Shown: piece after piece, positions 6,796 to 8,509 of the stretch
Layout of the letters: the number at the start of each line of letters is the position of its first letter
How positions within the stretch are numbered: the stretch's first letter is position 1
Assembly (NCBI RefSeq): GCF_004376175.1
Contig: NZ_SNUY01000103.1
Location: 1-8,509 of the forward strand
DNA from: Halalkalibacterium halodurans
Lineage (GTDB): Bacteria > Bacillota > Bacilli > Bacillales > Bacillaceae_D
Direction of reading: 5' to 3'
Length of the DNA: 8,509 nucleotides
The notes under the pieces: model-generated
Seen by the model: only the letters and a program-made list of their open reading frames with translations
Told to the model about the DNA's origin: nothing
Database searches by the model: none
Translations under genes and position numbers: made by a program

Positions 6796-8509
6796 TCTTT
6801 ACTTATGAGAAAAACTAGCTTACGCCAAGTCTTAATGACTGAAGCGCTCGTATTGCTTAATCTTTAATCACTTTCATACTTATAGTGAAAAATAGAGTCT
6901 CGGAATAAATAACAATTTTCCGGGTGAAATGAACCAAAATTACTGGAAATTGGATTGGAATGGCCTGCACACTCATTATTTTCATTGTATTTTCAAAAAT
7001 GTGCATGACAAAGAAACCTATTGCCATTATTTTTTTAAAAATTGACTAGGCGGCTTTAGGAAAGATGATTTCTTCAATATTTAACTGCTCTTTCTGACTG
7101 CTGTACCAAGCATCGATGTGCTGACACATCATTATGGCGTATAGGCGAATGTACCACATTTTTGTTGACCGGTGGCGTCCAGATTCCAAGTGATAATCTA
7201 TTTTTTCTCTTTTATTAGAACGTTCAACAGAGGTTCTTCGTTTGTATATAAGTTTCCACTTTTCAGAGGACCTTGGTGTTTTGGTAAATAATCGTAGATT
7301 ATCCTCTCTGAATGTATGGAATGTCCGACCATATTTTGCTTTTGAACACGGTGATGAGCATGTATTTTTGGTACCGCAAGCAAGTGGACAACGCCATTTT
7401 TGCCGATTTTGAGATTTGTCAAACCCGTTGGGCTTCATCTCCTTCCCAATCGGACAGATTGGAACACCTGTTGGAGATATTTGAATATCACTTTCTGTAC
7501 TAAAGTTCTTCTTTGTTCGAACATTTAAATCGATGAAGGGTTCCACATTTTGATGTTCAAGTAGCTCATAAATGGCCTCAGCATCGTGCGCTGCATCAAG
7601 AAGAATTTTATCAATCGTGCCCAAGGTGTACCGTTGCGAAAATTCAATTGAACTAACCACTAGGCTGACTGAATCATGCCGGGAAGCAGGATGCAGCCGT
7701 GGATATAGCGGTAAGTCGTATTGGCTATCGCTAGTGGATATCATGTAGAGATGATATCCGTTGAAGTACTTTTCCTTAGAACTATCCCAGCCTGAGTCGA
7801 TGTCGGGTTGTGAATACTGGCGTGGGTGAGTACAGTTCGTTAGTCCTTGGGCACTACAATTACAGGTTGATTTACTTCTCGGGTACCTAGCTGTTTCAAT
7901 TGGTGTCCCATCTCCAACTACACCTAGAGCTTCGGGATCCCCAAGAAGACCAAGTTTCGTAGAAACCGCTAAAAATTGGGATTGAAAAAACTCAAATAAT
8001 CGGTCTCCTGGCAGTTGTTTTTGTTTGGAACCATAACGCATTGCCCGATCAACGAGTTTACGAACAATTCCGGGATTCTTAGGTTCAGCTTTTTCACCCT
8101 TTTTAGGCTTCTTTTTCTTTTTTGACTTTTTCTTTTTAGGTTTGACCTTCGGCATAACATTCGGGCTTTCGAAGGCCCATAAACGTTTGAAAAAGTCTTC
8201 AAATGTTCCAACACCTGGTGTGTCACCGGGTTCAAAACCGCTAAGAATTGCATACAACGGAACGCGACGAAGTTGATCAACCCAATGAGTAATACCTTTT
8301 GTAGGTTGAACAAATAATGAAAGCAGATAAGAACGCATCATAGAAGCAGGGTCACGAGGCTTTGGTCCCTTTTTGGAATAGGAATCACCAAGCCATGTAG
8401 TTACCGAAGAGAGATCAGTTATCCAAAGCTTTTTAATTACTGGCCAATCCTTATTAACAAGGGTAAGAATGCCGCCAGAATAATGGGCATTTAACTGATT
8501 TAGAACGAA
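6796..8509 (-). mobile_element. Insertion sequence (partial) carrying the transposase above. The left boundary is not determined
   Basis: The transposase gene runs off the right edge. The left limit is a guess placed at a sharp compositional break near 6795, where a GC-richer block meets an AT-rich block. No terminal inverted repeat or target duplication can be identified because the other end is outside the window. Confidence 0.35.
7046..8509 (-). CDS. DDE transposase, IS5/IS1182-like (DUF772-type N-terminal region plus DDE_Tnp_1-type catalytic domain). Partial: the 5' end lies beyond the window
   Basis: An exact Y-x2-R-x3-E-x6-K motif is present (YKRRTSVERSNKREK). Candidate catalytic Asp regions are DIDSGWDSSKEKYFNGYHLY and LLDAAHDAEAIYELLEHQNVEPFID. 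A Cys-rich insert (CPIGKEM...WRCPLACGTKNTCSSPC) is typical of IS1182-like enzymes. I hand-translated the same frame upstream of the listed ATG (8341). It has no stop codon through 8509, adding 56 more codons that read ...SKKGPKPRDPASMMRSYLL. The family assignment is from motifs only. Confidence 0.85.
   Translation of the reverse strand, partial: FVLNQLNAHYSGGILTLVNKDWPVIKKLWITDLSSVTTWLGDSYSKKGPKPRDPASMMRSYLLSLFVQPTKGITHWVDQLRRVPLYAILSGFEPGDTPGVGTFEDFFKRLWAFESPNVMPKVKPKKKKSKKKKKPKKGEKAEPKNPGIVRKLVDRAMRYGSKQKQLPGDRLFEFFQSQFLAVSTKLGLLGDPEALGVVGDGTPIETARYPRSKSTCNCSAQGLTNCTHPRQYSQPDIDSGWDSSKEKYFNGYHLYMISTSDSQYDLPLYPRLHPASRHDSVSLVVSSIEFSQRYTLGTIDKILLDAAHDAEAIYELLEHQNVEPFIDLNVRTKKNFSTESDIQISPTGVPICPIGKEMKPNGFDKSQNRQKWRCPLACGTKNTCSSPCSKAKYGRTFHTFREDNLRLFTKTPRSSEKWKLIYKRRTSVERSNKREKIDYHLESGRHRSTKMWYIRLYAIMMCQHIDAWYSSQKEQLNIEEIIFPKAA

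Noticed and set aside
6701-6800. GC-richer block tested by eye against small riboswitch classes (glycine, guanidine-I/II/III, preQ1, fluoride, ZTP, B12 box)
   Set aside because: None of the conserved cores of these classes is present. A GGAGAG string and an ACGA tetranucleotide alone are not diagnostic.
6738-6818. 26-codon plus-strand ORF with an SD-like site, considered as a small protein gene
   Set aside because: It is too short and featureless to call, being neither hydrophobic nor of any recognisable class. It is kept only as part of the junction finding.
7198-8313. ORFs 7198-7422 (-), 7312-7503 (+) and 7969-8313 (-) within the transposase gene
   Set aside because: They are alternative-frame or antisense ORFs inside a continuous transposase frame that carries the DDE/YREK motifs. 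Only 7969-8313 is mentioned in the findings, as a speculative slippage frame and not as a gene.
1-8509. CRISPR arrays, tRNA/rRNA genes, and defence, toxin-antitoxin or secondary-metabolite clusters
   Set aside because: I saw no regularly spaced direct repeats and no tRNA-like or rRNA-like sequence. Every long ORF has an ordinary metabolic, regulatory or transposase assignment.

Overview
This window looks like a Bacillales-type (Firmicute) chromosomal segment. That call rests on GGAGG-type Shine-Dalgarno sites, sigma-A-like promoters, intrinsic terminators and a TPP-riboswitch/ylmB pairing. It holds four unrelated, mostly ordinary modules. (1) A gluconate module: a short-form (~300 aa) 6-phosphogluconate dehydrogenase on the minus strand, divergent from an rpiR-family regulator + gluconate kinase operon. 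(2) A stand-alone isocitrate lyase gene (aceA, minus strand), convergent with gntK and sharing a bidirectional hairpin terminator with it. (3) A complete TPP (THI-box) riboswitch with a readable antiterminator/terminator platform, driving an M20-family amidohydrolase. This gene is best explained as the thiamine-salvage formylaminopyrimidine deformylase YlmB. (4) An IS5/IS1182-like DDE transposase (minus strand) whose reading frame is open to the right edge of the window, so the gene and the element are truncated by the window. I found no rRNA, tRNA or CRISPR array, and no convincing defence, toxin or other novel multi-gene system. The points worth a second look are regulatory details and the IS junction: the riboswitch logic, a probable non-canonical start codon, palindromes in the aceA leader, a cre-like site inside rpiR, a compositional break next to the IS, and a poly-lysine/A-run tract in the transposase. 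All homology statements come from reading motifs by eye, not from database searches.
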